Source of the DNA: a bacterium
Lineage (GTDB): Bacteria; Patescibacteriota; CPR2; UBA1875; JAJYID01
Direction of reading: 5' to 3'
NCBI GenBank assembly: GCA_030647205.1
Contig: JAUSJO010000002.1
Span: forward strand, 305,771-369,770
DNA: 64,000 bases
The notes beneath the pieces are model-generated. The model searched no databases and was not told the origin of the DNA. It saw only the letters and a list, made by a program, of their open reading frames with translations. Below, in pieces: positions 1 through 8,632 of this stretch. The number at the start of each line of letters is the position of its first letter. Positions within the stretch are counted from its first letter, which is position 1. Position numbers and translations under genes: made by a program.

Positions 1-473
1 TTGGCAAGTATCCGGTGAATGCAGTGAAAGCAATGAGAAAGATTGCCTTGCACGCCGAAAGATGGTCAAATGACACGCATAAAATAATTGGTGAAGATGC
101 GATCAAAAGCATTAACTCTACATCTGAAGCGATAGGAAAGAGTGCCTGCAAACTTGCAGCAGAACTTAAAGCAAAAGTTATCATCAATGCTACAGCAAGA
201 GGGAAAACTACCAGAAATGTTGCAAGGTTCCGTCCGCATTGTCATATTATATCCGTAACCCACACCCTAAAGACAGCGCGAGAGTTGGAGCTTGTCTGGG
301 GCGTTATTCCGTTTGTTCTAAATTATAAAACCGTGAGAGAAATGAGCTTAAAGTCTACCGAAATAGCCAAATCTTTGGGATTAGTTAAAAAGGGTGACAA
401 GATAATTATAGTTTCCGGTGAAGAGGTTGGGGTCGAAGGCGGGACCAACATTATAAAAGTCAAAGAACTCTAG
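1..473 (+). CDS. pyk: pyruvate kinase, C-terminal fragment (5' end lies outside the window)
   Basis: Translation matches the pyruvate kinase C-terminal alpha/beta domain (…ATARGKTTRNVARFRPHCHIISVTH…ELVWGVIPF…). The frame is open from base 3 to a stop at 473. Confidence 0.65.
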   Translation, partial: GKYPVNAVKAMRKIALHAERWSNDTHKIIGEDAIKSINSTSEAIGKSACKLAAELKAKVIINATARGKTTRNVARFRPHCHIISVTHTLKTARELELVWGVIPFVLNYKTVREMSLKSTEIAKSLGLVKKGDKIIIVSGEEVGVEGGTNIIKVKEL

Positions 474-557
474 GACTGTTTTTCTTTTGTAATTAAATTG
501 CAAATATTTTTTATAATGGTTATTATTAGACTAAATAATAATTACTCGGAGGGTAAA

Positions 558-1460
558 ATGGCACAAGAAAACGAACAACAAGGCGCAGAGCAGGTTCAGT
601 CGCAACCGGCGCAAAATCAAACGGCAGCAGCTAAAAAATCAAAGGCATCGCTTATCATTATCATTGTAGTAGTTTTGGTAGCGATACTAGGTTTAGTTGG
701 TTTTTTCTTCCTTAAAGATAGTATATTTCCAGCTAAGGGTTTGAGCGGACAAGTTCTTAGTACAAACTGCAAACTAAATGACAAAGATCTTTGCAGATTT
801 ACTGACAGTTTTAAGGGGCTTGATAATATGTCGGCCAAATCTGTGACGACAATAAACGGTAAAATAACAGAGAGTACTATAGAGATCCAGGGGAGTGATA
901 AGAGCCACATTAAATCTTCAGTGGCTGGGAAAGAAGAGTCTGATTATATTTCTATTGGTAATACGACTTACATGAAAGATTACTCTGATAACAAATGGTG
1001 GAAAACAACTGTTGATACAAAGGATGCCTCGGGGGTCGAAAAAACGGACTGGAAGGCTGAGTTTGAAAAGTCGGTTAATGACAGTGCTGACAAAACTACC
1101 TATAAAAAAATTGGAAAAGAGGCTTGCGGAAACTTGACTTGTTTAAAATATCAAGTCATAGACCCAAATAACAAAGAAACAACTGAGTACATGTGGTTTG
1201 ATACAAAAAACTATGCTTTAAGAAAAGTGAGAAGTGAGTCAGCGGATACGGTTACAGAAACAACATTTTCCTATGGTAAGGTTAATATTACAGAACCATC
1301 GCCGGTTAAAGAAATGACAAATCCTGCAGACGCATATAATAGTTTTCTCAACAGCAGTGCTACTTCTGGTGCTGCCTCAGAAGGTCTAACCCCTGAACAA
1401 ATCCAAGCATTGCAATCTACCAGCGGTGCCGGTATAGATACTTCTATACCTGCGGAGTAA
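558..1460 (+). CDS. hypothetical membrane-anchored, Ser/Thr/Lys-rich extracytoplasmic protein
   Basis: RBS GGAGGG sits ahead of the ATG at 558. An N-terminal hydrophobic anchor (LIIIIVVVLVAILGLVGFFFL) is followed by a polar domain. Family not recognised. Confidence 0.5.
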   Translation: MAQENEQQGAEQVQSQPAQNQTAAAKKSKASLIIIIVVVLVAILGLVGFFFLKDSIFPAKGLSGQVLSTNCKLNDKDLCRFTDSFKGLDNMSAKSVTTINGKITESTIEIQGSDKSHIKSSVAGKEESDYISIGNTTYMKDYSDNKWWKTTVDTKDASGVEKTDWKAEFEKSVNDSADKTTYKKIGKEACGNLTCLKYQVIDPNNKETTEYMWFDTKNYALRKVRSESADTVTETTFSYGKVNITEPSPVKEMTNPADAYNSFLNSSATSGAASEGLTPEQIQALQSTSGAGIDTSIPAE

Positions 1461-1490
1461 CCTAGTTATAAAATCACGAGCATAGAAAAA

Positions 1491-1532
1491 GGGCCGAAAA
1501 AGATCGGCTCTTTTTCGGCCCTATTGATTTTT
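1491..1532. terminator. bidirectional rho-independent terminator (GGGCCGAAAAAG…CTTTTTCGGCCC plus T-run)
   Basis: Perfect 12-bp inverted repeat flanked by an A-run upstream and a T-run downstream. It lies between convergent genes. Confidence 0.7.
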
Positions 1533-1549
1533 TAACCTCTCCATAAATT

Positions 1550-1894
1550 TCAGGCAACAGTTTGGAGGGACAGGACACCATCACATACTTTTCGTTTGAC
1601 CAACTGGTATGGTGTCTCCAGCTTCTCACCAAAACAAGCCGAGGAGAATGTTGGCGGATAGAGGTCGGCGAAGTTGTATTCTTCACCATGAGCCAGATTA
1701 TCCAGTTCATCAAGGACTTCAGAGACTTTGTTCTGCTTCACGGCTTCACGATAGATGCTGATGACACAGACATCCATGGGGTAGAGGTCCTGGAAAAGTA
1801 TGAATGCTCTTTCCAGGTCTTTCCCAAAAGGTTCGCTAAACTCCCTTTCGAACTTGGTATATTCGCATATGTGGAATCCCGAAAGATCTTTCAT
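1550..1894 (-). CDS. hypothetical protein (114 aa)
   Basis: AAGGAAAGG RBS sits 8 nt upstream of the ATG on the minus strand. The composition is more protein-like than the overlapping + strand ORF, and it shares the terminator at 1491-1521. Confidence 0.4.
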   Translation of the reverse strand: MKDLSGFHICEYTKFEREFSEPFGKDLERAFILFQDLYPMDVCVISIYREAVKQNKVSEVLDELDNLAHGEEYNFADLYPPTFSSACFGEKLETPYQLVKRKVCDGVLSLQTVA

Positions 1895-1959
1895 GTGCGC
1901 TGCCTTTCCTTAGGTAGAAGTTTGGTAGAAATCCGAAGTATATTTTACAATATAAATGC

Positions 1960-2655
1960 TTAAGATTCAACCTTTTTACAAATGGCGTAGATGTTCCATT
2001 TGCTGTGCGCAATTTCTAAAATTTCAAAATCAGAGACTTTCAAATCTTTTTTAAGTCCATTCAATGTGTAGGCGAAATAATATCTTTCGGCTAGAACATT
2101 CCGGGCCGAATCCTTCCAAGGGATAAAAGTGTCTCCGAAATGTGTTTTCGATCTCTTAAAGACCATGTTAGACAGATTTTTCCAAATGTATTTTCTATAT
2201 TTTGGCTGCCAGAGGTTCCAGACTGTGATGAAAAGATGGCCGTTTTCTTTAAGGACGCGATTTGCTTCTGATAATGCCTCTAGTCGTAATTTTCTATTTG
2301 GCAAATGATGAAGTGAAGCGATAGAAAAAACCGCATCGAATTTGTCGTCGGGCAAACTCAGGCTTTCCATATTCATCATCTCGAACTTATTTTTTGGAAA
2401 TTTTTCACGGGCGATTTTAACTAGTCTATCCGAACTATCGATGCCAAGGTAATCAACTTTTTTCTCCGCCAATGAGTTTATAAGCCGGCCATTACCACAG
2501 CCGAGATCTAAAACGCTCCAACCGTCTTTCATATATTCCATGAATTTCTTCATTTCAGGCCACTCATAGTGCCTGGTACTAGCAAACTGGGCTGATATTT
2601 TGTTATAATCAGCTTTGGTCTTATCGGCGGATTTAATTGGATTTTTTTTATTCAT
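1960..2655 (-). CDS. Trm9/ALKBH8-like class I SAM-dependent methyltransferase (putative tRNA cm5U34 methyltransferase)
   Basis: Motif I LDLGCGNGRL is present, along with the Trm9-type N-terminus (ADYNKISAQFASTRHYEWP). The central block is DAVFSIASLHHL…ENGHLFITVWNLWQ and the C-terminal block is ERYYFAYTLNGL (Trm9 has RYYHxF…EL). The start is assumed at the MNKKNP methionine. Confidence 0.6.
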   Translation of the reverse strand: MNKKNPIKSADKTKADYNKISAQFASTRHYEWPEMKKFMEYMKDGWSVLDLGCGNGRLINSLAEKKVDYLGIDSSDRLVKIAREKFPKNKFEMMNMESLSLPDDKFDAVFSIASLHHLPNRKLRLEALSEANRVLKENGHLFITVWNLWQPKYRKYIWKNLSNMVFKRSKTHFGDTFIPWKDSARNVLAERYYFAYTLNGLKKDLKVSDFEILEIAHSKWNIYAICKKVES

Positions 2656-4207
2656 GGACAAAGCTTTAGAGAAAATTATTTTAAAAGCGAGGGATGGGCA
2701 AGTTTCTGACGAAGAAACTCTTTTAATCTTGATAAAAGACACTTTAAGAGGGCAGAACCTATCCGCTTTCCCTTCAAACATTATACTTAGAAAAACTTAT
2801 CGGGCAATGGTGAAAGCGGGGAAGATAGATCCAGACAAGGGTTTGGAAAATCTTTTAGTGACCAAAAAAATGCGCTCGCTTTCCGGAGTTGCCGTGATTA
2901 CGGTTCTCACCAAACCATGGCCGTGTCCGGGGGAGTGCCTGTACTGCCCGACGCAAGTTGACGTTCCGAAGAGCTATCTATCTTCGGAGCCTGCGGTAAT
3001 GCGGGCAATACTGTGTGACTATGATCCGTACAAACAGGTGCGGGCAAGACTAAACTCCCTGGAAATCGAGGGCCATCCGACTGACAAGGTTGAGTTAATT
3101 GTGATTGGCGGGACATTTTCAGCGTTACCAAAAGATTACCAGCAAGAGTATATAAAAAGATGCTTCGATGCGCTAAATAATTCTGTGGACAAGGATCTAG
3201 ACGATGCAAAAAATAAAAATGAAACGGCAAAGAACCGCTGTGTCGGGCTGACTCTTGAAACTCGCCCTGACTACATCACAAAAGAAGAAGTTGAGTGGTT
3301 TAGATACCTGGGGGCAACGAGAGTAGAGCTTGGTGTGCAGAGCGTGTTTGATGATGTCCTAAAATTCAATAAACGTGGGCATGATGTTGCCTCAACTGCT
3401 CGGGCGACAAAACTTCTTAAAGATGCGGGATTTAAAATCTGCTACCACATGATGCCAAATCTGCCCGGCTCTAACCTTGAAAAGGACATAGAAATGTTTA
3501 AAATCATCTTTACCGATCCGAGATTTCAGCCCGATTATATAAAAATCTATCCTTGTGTGGTGACAAAGGGTTCAGAGCTTTACGATATGTGGAAAGCCGG
3601 CGAATACAAACCATACTCTGACAAAGAGCTGGAGGATTTAATTTGTGAAATTAAAAAGGTAGTTCCATATTACGTTCGGATAATGCGACTAATCCGTGAT
3701 ATTCCTTCATCGGATATTGAGGCGGGGAGCAAAGTTTCAAACATGCGTCAAAATGTGCAAAGAAGGCTGGAGAAAGAGGGTGAAAAATGCAAGTGCATCC
3801 GTTGCCGGGAGGTAAGCAATAGAGTGACAGCCTTTGGCATTAAATTATTTAAAGAAGAATATGAAGCGAGCGGTGGGAAAGAGGTATTTCTTAGTTACGA
3901 GTCGGAGGATAGGGTGGTTTTGTATTCACTTCTAAGACTTCGGCTGACAAAAGATACTTTCATTTCAGAAATAAAAGATTGCGCACTGATTCGTGAACTC
4001 CATACTTATGGCCAGCAGATTAAAATCGGCAAAAGCGGAGATACTCAACATAAAGGTTTAGGTAAGAAGTTAATTTCAGAAGCAGAGGATATCGCCAGGA
4101 AAGATGGTTATAAAAAAATTGCCGTAATCTCGGGAGTTGGTGTTCGTGACTATTATAGAAAGTTTGGATATGGGCTAAAAGGTGAATATATGGTGAAGAG
4201 TATCTAG
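2654..4207 (+). CDS. elp3: Elp3-family radical SAM/GNAT protein (tRNA uridine-34 carboxymethyl/acetyl-transferase homolog)
   Basis: The Elp3 Fe-S motif CPGECLYCPTQ…SYLSSEPAVMRA is present. A radical SAM core is followed by a C-terminal GNAT domain (…HTYGQQIKIGKSGDTQHKGLGKKLI…GVRDYYRKFGY). A TGTTATAAT box lies at 2601-2609. Confidence 0.8.
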   Translation: MDKALEKIILKARDGQVSDEETLLILIKDTLRGQNLSAFPSNIILRKTYRAMVKAGKIDPDKGLENLLVTKKMRSLSGVAVITVLTKPWPCPGECLYCPTQVDVPKSYLSSEPAVMRAILCDYDPYKQVRARLNSLEIEGHPTDKVELIVIGGTFSALPKDYQQEYIKRCFDALNNSVDKDLDDAKNKNETAKNRCVGLTLETRPDYITKEEVEWFRYLGATRVELGVQSVFDDVLKFNKRGHDVASTARATKLLKDAGFKICYHMMPNLPGSNLEKDIEMFKIIFTDPRFQPDYIKIYPCVVTKGSELYDMWKAGEYKPYSDKELEDLICEIKKVVPYYVRIMRLIRDIPSSDIEAGSKVSNMRQNVQRRLEKEGEKCKCIRCREVSNRVTAFGIKLFKEEYEASGGKEVFLSYESEDRVVLYSLLRLRLTKDTFISEIKDCALIRELHTYGQQIKIGKSGDTQHKGLGKKLISEAEDIARKDGYKKIAVISGVGVRDYYRKFGYGLKGEYMVKSI

Positions 4208-4311
4208 GTCTTGAAAAAAAATGTTTTTATGTTATAATGAATTTGCGAGGGGTTTCTTTTTAAGAAGCTTTTTGTTTTTTGTACCTTAAATCTTTAGTGA
4301 GAGGAGGAATC

Positions 4312-4803
4312 ATGTTTTTTAGGCGCGGGAGAAAGAATGAAGAAAAACATGATACCGATAAAATAGACCAAATCATTGATCATGAGATCCAAAATGTTGA
4401 AGAGGTGGTAAAAAAGAAATCTGATGATTATCATGTTTGTCCCATGCCGGATTGCGAATCTGATTTTGTTTATTCGGTTGAAAGATACCAGATAAATGAT
4501 ACTGAGTGGAAAGTTCGCTTACTTTGTCCAAACTGTTGGAACCAAAGAACAGTGATAGTCGGTCGTGAAACGGTACGAAAGTTACTTGCGAGTGCTAGGG
4601 CGGGGCGCGAACGAATCATGAAGGATCTGGACCATATGCAGAAAAAGCATATGGAAGAGGAGGTCGAAAAGTTCATTACGGCTTTGCAAAAAGACTACAT
4701 CTTGCCTGATGACTTTACTCCTCCCTCAAGCACAAAGAAGAATGTTAATGAAGGTTGGATAAAGGACCTTGAAAGAGCGAGAGGTCTTCATTCCTCCAAA
4801 TAA
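4312..4803 (+). CDS. small zinc-ribbon protein, paralog 1 (CPxPDC…CPNC)
   Basis: GAGGAGG RBS precedes the ATG at 4312. Two Cys pairs are present, and the C-terminus is conserved with the 5022 ORF (…KKHMEEEVEKFITALQKDYILPDDF). A TGTTATAAT box lies at 4230-4238. Confidence 0.55.
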   Translation: MFFRRGRKNEEKHDTDKIDQIIDHEIQNVEEVVKKKSDDYHVCPMPDCESDFVYSVERYQINDTEWKVRLLCPNCWNQRTVIVGRETVRKLLASARAGRERIMKDLDHMQKKHMEEEVEKFITALQKDYILPDDFTPPSSTKKNVNEGWIKDLERARGLHSSK

Positions 4804-4820
4804 GCCTGACAGTTTTTTGT

Positions 4821-4856
4821 AAAAGCAAAAAGCCTGCAGGTTTTTTGCTTTTCTTA
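4821..4856 (+). terminator. rho-independent terminator (AAAAGCAAAAAGCCTGCAGGTTTTTTGCTTTT)
   Basis: A long near-perfect palindrome centred on CCTGCAGG is followed by a T-run. Confidence 0.6.
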
Positions 4857-5021
4857 AGGGTAAATTTTGCAAACTATTGACACTTATGGTATAATATACA
4901 TATCGCAAAAAGCGGGAACTTTGTCAAACAATGCCCTTACAAACTCTCTATTGCCTTTATCAACTCAACTGTCCCTGTTAACCCCCTAGTAAGTCAAAAG
5001 CAGAATTATTAGGAGGTTCTT

Positions 5022-5336
5022 ATGGAGAAATTTTCGGAGCAAATAAACGAGTACCAAACATGTCTCTTTTGCGGATCGAATCTGGTATATCCCGTAGAAA
5101 GGACACAGCTAAACGAAAACGGATGGAAAGTAGCCGTTAGGTGCCCAAACTGTTTTGGCTTTCGAGTTGAATGTATGCATCGGGATGTGATGGTGGGGCT
5201 AATAAGGAATGCAAACAAGGGCCGCGAAGACCTCGCGAAAACGTTCAATCAAATGGCGAAAAAGACCATGGAAGAAGAATCTGACAAGATGATCTCAGCG
5301 CTTCATAGAGACCAGATCTTGCCAATAGATTTCTAA
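5022..5336 (+). CDS. small zinc-ribbon protein, paralog 2 (CLFC…CPNC)
   Basis: AGGAGG RBS is present, and the protein aligns end-to-end with the 4312 ORF (VERxQxNxxxWKVxxxCPNC…MEEE…ALxxDxILPxDF). A TGGTATAAT box lies upstream at 4887-4895. Confidence 0.6.
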   Translation: MEKFSEQINEYQTCLFCGSNLVYPVERTQLNENGWKVAVRCPNCFGFRVECMHRDVMVGLIRNANKGREDLAKTFNQMAKKTMEEESDKMISALHRDQILPIDF

Positions 5337-5419
5337 TCTTCTACCAAACATCTACAGAGGTATTCTTAGAAAACCACCTAATAAAAGCAAAGATCAATGT
5401 ACATTAGGAGGTTGCCATC

Positions 5420-5749
5420 ATGACAGTTGATATTGGACAATCAAAGATAGAAGATCTGGCGGTTTGCCCCATCTGTCATTTCAAAACAGTAGTTGCCGAC
5501 TACTATCTCGAAGAGCAGGGTTCTTATACCATTCGTTGTCACTGTGACAACTGTGGTGAGGACTTCGGGAGAAACTACTTCACGCTCGATGAGGGGGTAG
5601 AAGCAATAAGGCTATATGGCAGAGATGAGTTCTATCGAGGGCCGACAAGAGTGGCCGAGGACGATTTCCTCAGAGACCTTAAACATCTGAGCGAAATGGA
5701 CAAAACGTCCACTCCGGTAACGATCGGAATGTTCCTAAAGGTTCCATGA
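5420..5749 (+). CDS. small zinc-ribbon protein, distant third member (CPICH…CDNC)
   Basis: AGGAGG RBS is present. A CxxC…CxxC ribbon is followed by an acidic DDFLRDL tail. Confidence 0.5.
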   Translation: MTVDIGQSKIEDLAVCPICHFKTVVADYYLEEQGSYTIRCHCDNCGEDFGRNYFTLDEGVEAIRLYGRDEFYRGPTRVAEDDFLRDLKHLSEMDKTSTPVTIGMFLKVP

Positions 5750-5765
5750 CATAAAAATGTCACAA

Positions 5766-5795
5766 AGAGCCCGCGTAAAAGCGGGCTCTTTTTCT
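5766..5795 (+). terminator. rho-independent terminator (AGAGCCCGC…GCGGGCTCTTTTT)
   Basis: A 9-bp GC-rich stem is followed by a T-run immediately after the zinc-ribbon gene cluster. Confidence 0.7.
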
Positions 5796-5889
5796 ACCTA
5801 AAAAACTTTTCTATTGCCAAAAGTTTTTTGAAGGAGTAAAATATTTTCGAAAAAGAAGAGACGGATTTTATTTTTAATGCGGGGGTTTT

Positions 5890-7497
5890 GTGCTCAGAAA
5901 GAAACAAACCAAGTTTATATTTGTTACGGGTGGTGTTTTGTCAGGTATTGGCAAGGGTATATTTGCAGCTTCGGTTGGAAATATTTTAAAAAACCGTGGC
6001 TTTAGCGTTAATATTCAAAAGCTTGATCCTTATCTCAACTTTGATGCCGGTACTCTAAATCCAAACGAACATGGCGAGGTCTTTGTAACTGATGATGGCG
6101 CTGAAACTGACCTTGATCTTGGCCATTATGAAAGATTTACAAATCAAAGCTTAACCAAAAGAAGCTCTATAATGAGCGGGCAGATTTACTCTGCTGTTTT
6201 TGATGATGAGAGAAAAGGTAAATATCTGGGAAAAACTGTGCAGGTTATCCCTCACCTGACGGAAAAAATTCAGGACTTTGTGATGGAGGCATCAAAGGGT
6301 TTTGATATCCATATTGCAGAGGTCGGCGGAACGATAGGAGATATGGAGGCAGTGCATTTCATAGAAGCGATCCGTCAGTTGAAGAGAAAAGTTGGCGAGG
6401 AAAATGTTATGTATGCCCACCTTGTCTACATACCTTACCTTGAGGCTTCAAAAGAAATGAAAACTAAGCCGGCTCAGTCGAGCGTGCGTGAACTTTTGGC
6501 ACTTGGAATTCACCCCGATATTATTGGTGTTCGCCATGATCGAGCGATTGAGAAAGGCCATCTCAAAAAAATCGCACTTTCAGCCGATGTTAACCCTGAG
6601 GCAGTAGTACCGCTTCCGTTTGTAAAAAGAGTATATGATGTTCCGTCGAACCTCGAAAAATCAGGTTTGGGAGACTATATTTCTAAGAATTTAGGACTTA
6701 GGAGTTTAAGGCCAAAGAAAAATGGCTGGGAAAAAATGCAGCAGAATATCAAAAATTCAAAAGAGACAATAAAGGTTGGTTTAATTGCAAAATATCTTTC
6801 AAATGAAGATACATATAAAAGTGTGACCGAAGCCCTAAAAGCTGCTTTCTGGGCAAATCAGAAAAATGTCAAAATCGTCTGGATTGATAGTGAAGAAATA
6901 GAGAAAACAGGCACGAAAATCTTGGATGGTCTTTGCGGGATAGTCATTCCCGGAGGATTTGGCGATCGCGGAACTGAAGGGAAGATAATAGCGGCAAAAT
7001 ATGCTCGCGAAAACAATATTCCATATCTTGGACTTTGCCTGGGTATGCAGATAGCGGTTATCGAGTTTGCACGAAATGTCTTGGCTTGGCCATCGGCAAC
7101 TAGCGGTGAGTTTGACCAGAACTCAAAGAAACAAGTAATACACATCATGCCGGAACAAAGGAAAAATATGGCAGAGGATAACTATGGTGCAACAATGAGG
7201 CTTGGGGCGTATCCTTGTATTTTAGATAAAAAATCAAAGTCATACAAACTGTATGGAGCAGATAAAATATCGGAAAGACACAGGCATAGATATGAATTTA
7301 ACAATGATTATCGCGAAGAGTTCACTGAAGCAGGGATGATGCTTGCAGGACTTTCTCCTGACCATCACCTGGTTGAAATAGTTGAAATTCCTGAACATAA
7401 ATTCTTTGTAGCCTCACAATTCCATCCGGAATACAAGTCTCGTCCAGATTATCCTCATCCTCTCTTTGTTGGTTTCTCAAAAGCCTGTTTGGAGTAA
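5890..7497 (+). CDS. pyrG: CTP synthase
   Basis: The translation aligns along its length with CTP synthase (N-terminal FVTGGVLSGIGKGI; a C-terminal glutamine amidotransferase with GLCLGMQ). It starts with GTG. Confidence 0.9.
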   Translation: MLRKKQTKFIFVTGGVLSGIGKGIFAASVGNILKNRGFSVNIQKLDPYLNFDAGTLNPNEHGEVFVTDDGAETDLDLGHYERFTNQSLTKRSSIMSGQIYSAVFDDERKGKYLGKTVQVIPHLTEKIQDFVMEASKGFDIHIAEVGGTIGDMEAVHFIEAIRQLKRKVGEENVMYAHLVYIPYLEASKEMKTKPAQSSVRELLALGIHPDIIGVRHDRAIEKGHLKKIALSADVNPEAVVPLPFVKRVYDVPSNLEKSGLGDYISKNLGLRSLRPKKNGWEKMQQNIKNSKETIKVGLIAKYLSNEDTYKSVTEALKAAFWANQKNVKIVWIDSEEIEKTGTKILDGLCGIVIPGGFGDRGTEGKIIAAKYARENNIPYLGLCLGMQIAVIEFARNVLAWPSATSGEFDQNSKKQVIHIMPEQRKNMAEDNYGATMRLGAYPCILDKKSKSYKLYGADKISERHRHRYEFNNDYREEFTEAGMMLAGLSPDHHLVEIVEIPEHKFFVASQFHPEYKSRPDYPHPLFVGFSKACLE

Positions 7498-7499
7498 GA

Positions 7500-8129
7500 G
7501 TGTCTCTAAAGATAAAATATAGTAAAGAACTAGAAGTCGAGAGAATTCGAAATACTCTAGCTAAAATGGATTGGTATAACCAACACGGTTATAGACCAAT
7601 GATTCCTGAAAATTTTGGGAGAGAAACCTCGGATAAGGAGATTGTGCGTCTAGTTGGCAAAGAGTACAAAGATAATAAATATGTAGAGGTATCCAAAGAA
7701 CTCTATGGGCAGTATTTGGCGATTGAAGAAGCGTATATAGGGGGACTTAAAAGAACTTTTGGTAACACAATTTCTACCGATTTTGAAGTTATTTTAACAA
7801 AATATGGAATGGGGGGATCTTACTCTTTACCCAATAAAATAATAATTAATATTTGTTTTATAAGAAAACCACTTATAAAAATAGTAATACATGAAATTTG
7901 CCATTTAATGATTGAGACTGATATTTTGAAGTATGGAATTTTGCAGCGGGAGAAAGAAAGAGTTGTAGATCTTATTCTAAACAGTGAAAAATTTAGTTTC
8001 TTGAATTATGACTGGTGGCAAGATAGTTATGATGGCACTGAGAAGTATATTGATGATTTGTTTGAAAAGGGTTTCTTTAAATCACCCGAGAAATTTTTCA
8101 AGAAGATAAGCTCTGTAAGAAATAAATAA
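7500..8129 (+). CDS. hypothetical HExxH-motif protein (putative SprT-like zinc metallopeptidase domain)
   Basis: Contains VIHEICHLMIE. The GTG start is 3 nt after the pyrG stop. Confidence 0.4.
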   Translation: MSLKIKYSKELEVERIRNTLAKMDWYNQHGYRPMIPENFGRETSDKEIVRLVGKEYKDNKYVEVSKELYGQYLAIEEAYIGGLKRTFGNTISTDFEVILTKYGMGGSYSLPNKIIINICFIRKPLIKIVIHEICHLMIETDILKYGILQREKERVVDLILNSEKFSFLNYDWWQDSYDGTEKYIDDLFEKGFFKSPEKFFKKISSVRNK

Positions 8130-8152
8130 TAGTTATCTGATATAATCAGTAT

Positions 8153-8632
8153 ATGCGAGATGATAACTGGCTTTTTCAAAAACTAGATGAACTCTGGGAC
8201 GGTCATTTTAGCGATATTCCACAGCATAATGATGTGGTTATTAAGTTTGGCCGAAAGGCTAGGCAGCGTTTGGGTTCGATAAAGCAGGAAACAAAGACCC
8301 ATCTGGATTTACTCAACAAAAATCGCAAGACTATCATCACTATCAATGGACTTTTCAAGGATGAAAATATCCCTGAGTATGTGGTGACGGCGACTATTGC
8401 CCATGAAATGTGCCATTATGCCCATGGATTTAGCTCTCCGCTTGACCAGAAGTTTCCCAATCCTCATCAAGGAGGAATCGTTACTAAGGAAATGAAGGCG
8501 CGAGGATTTACCAAGGAGCTGGCACTACAGAAAAAGTGGCTGAAGGAAATGTGGCCGGAGCATTTGAAAGAAAAAATGCCGCAAAGAAGAGCTCAAAGAC
8601 GCCGGAGAAGGGTCTTAATCAAATGGATATAA
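8153..8632 (+). CDS. SprT/Spartan-like HExxH zinc-metallopeptidase-domain protein
   Basis: Contains TIAHEMCHYAHGF (compare SPRTN HEMIHAYLF). The TGATATAAT box lies only ~11 nt from the ATG, so the mRNA is probably leaderless. The C-terminus is basic. Confidence 0.45.
   Translation: MRDDNWLFQKLDELWDGHFSDIPQHNDVVIKFGRKARQRLGSIKQETKTHLDLLNKNRKTIITINGLFKDENIPEYVVTATIAHEMCHYAHGFSSPLDQKFPNPHQGGIVTKEMKARGFTKELALQKKWLKEMWPEHLKEKMPQRRAQRRRRRVLIKWI

Noticed and set aside
1562-1963. 133-aa + strand ORF overlapping the 1550..1894 minus ORF
   Set aside because: It has no RBS and its composition is odd. The minus-strand ORF has an AAGGA RBS and shares the bidirectional terminator, so only one of the pair was kept, at low confidence.
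4877-4882. TTGACA hexamer upstream of TGGTATAAT at 4887
   Set aside because: The spacing to the -10 is only ~7 nt, so it cannot function as a -35. The extended -10 alone is the likely promoter.
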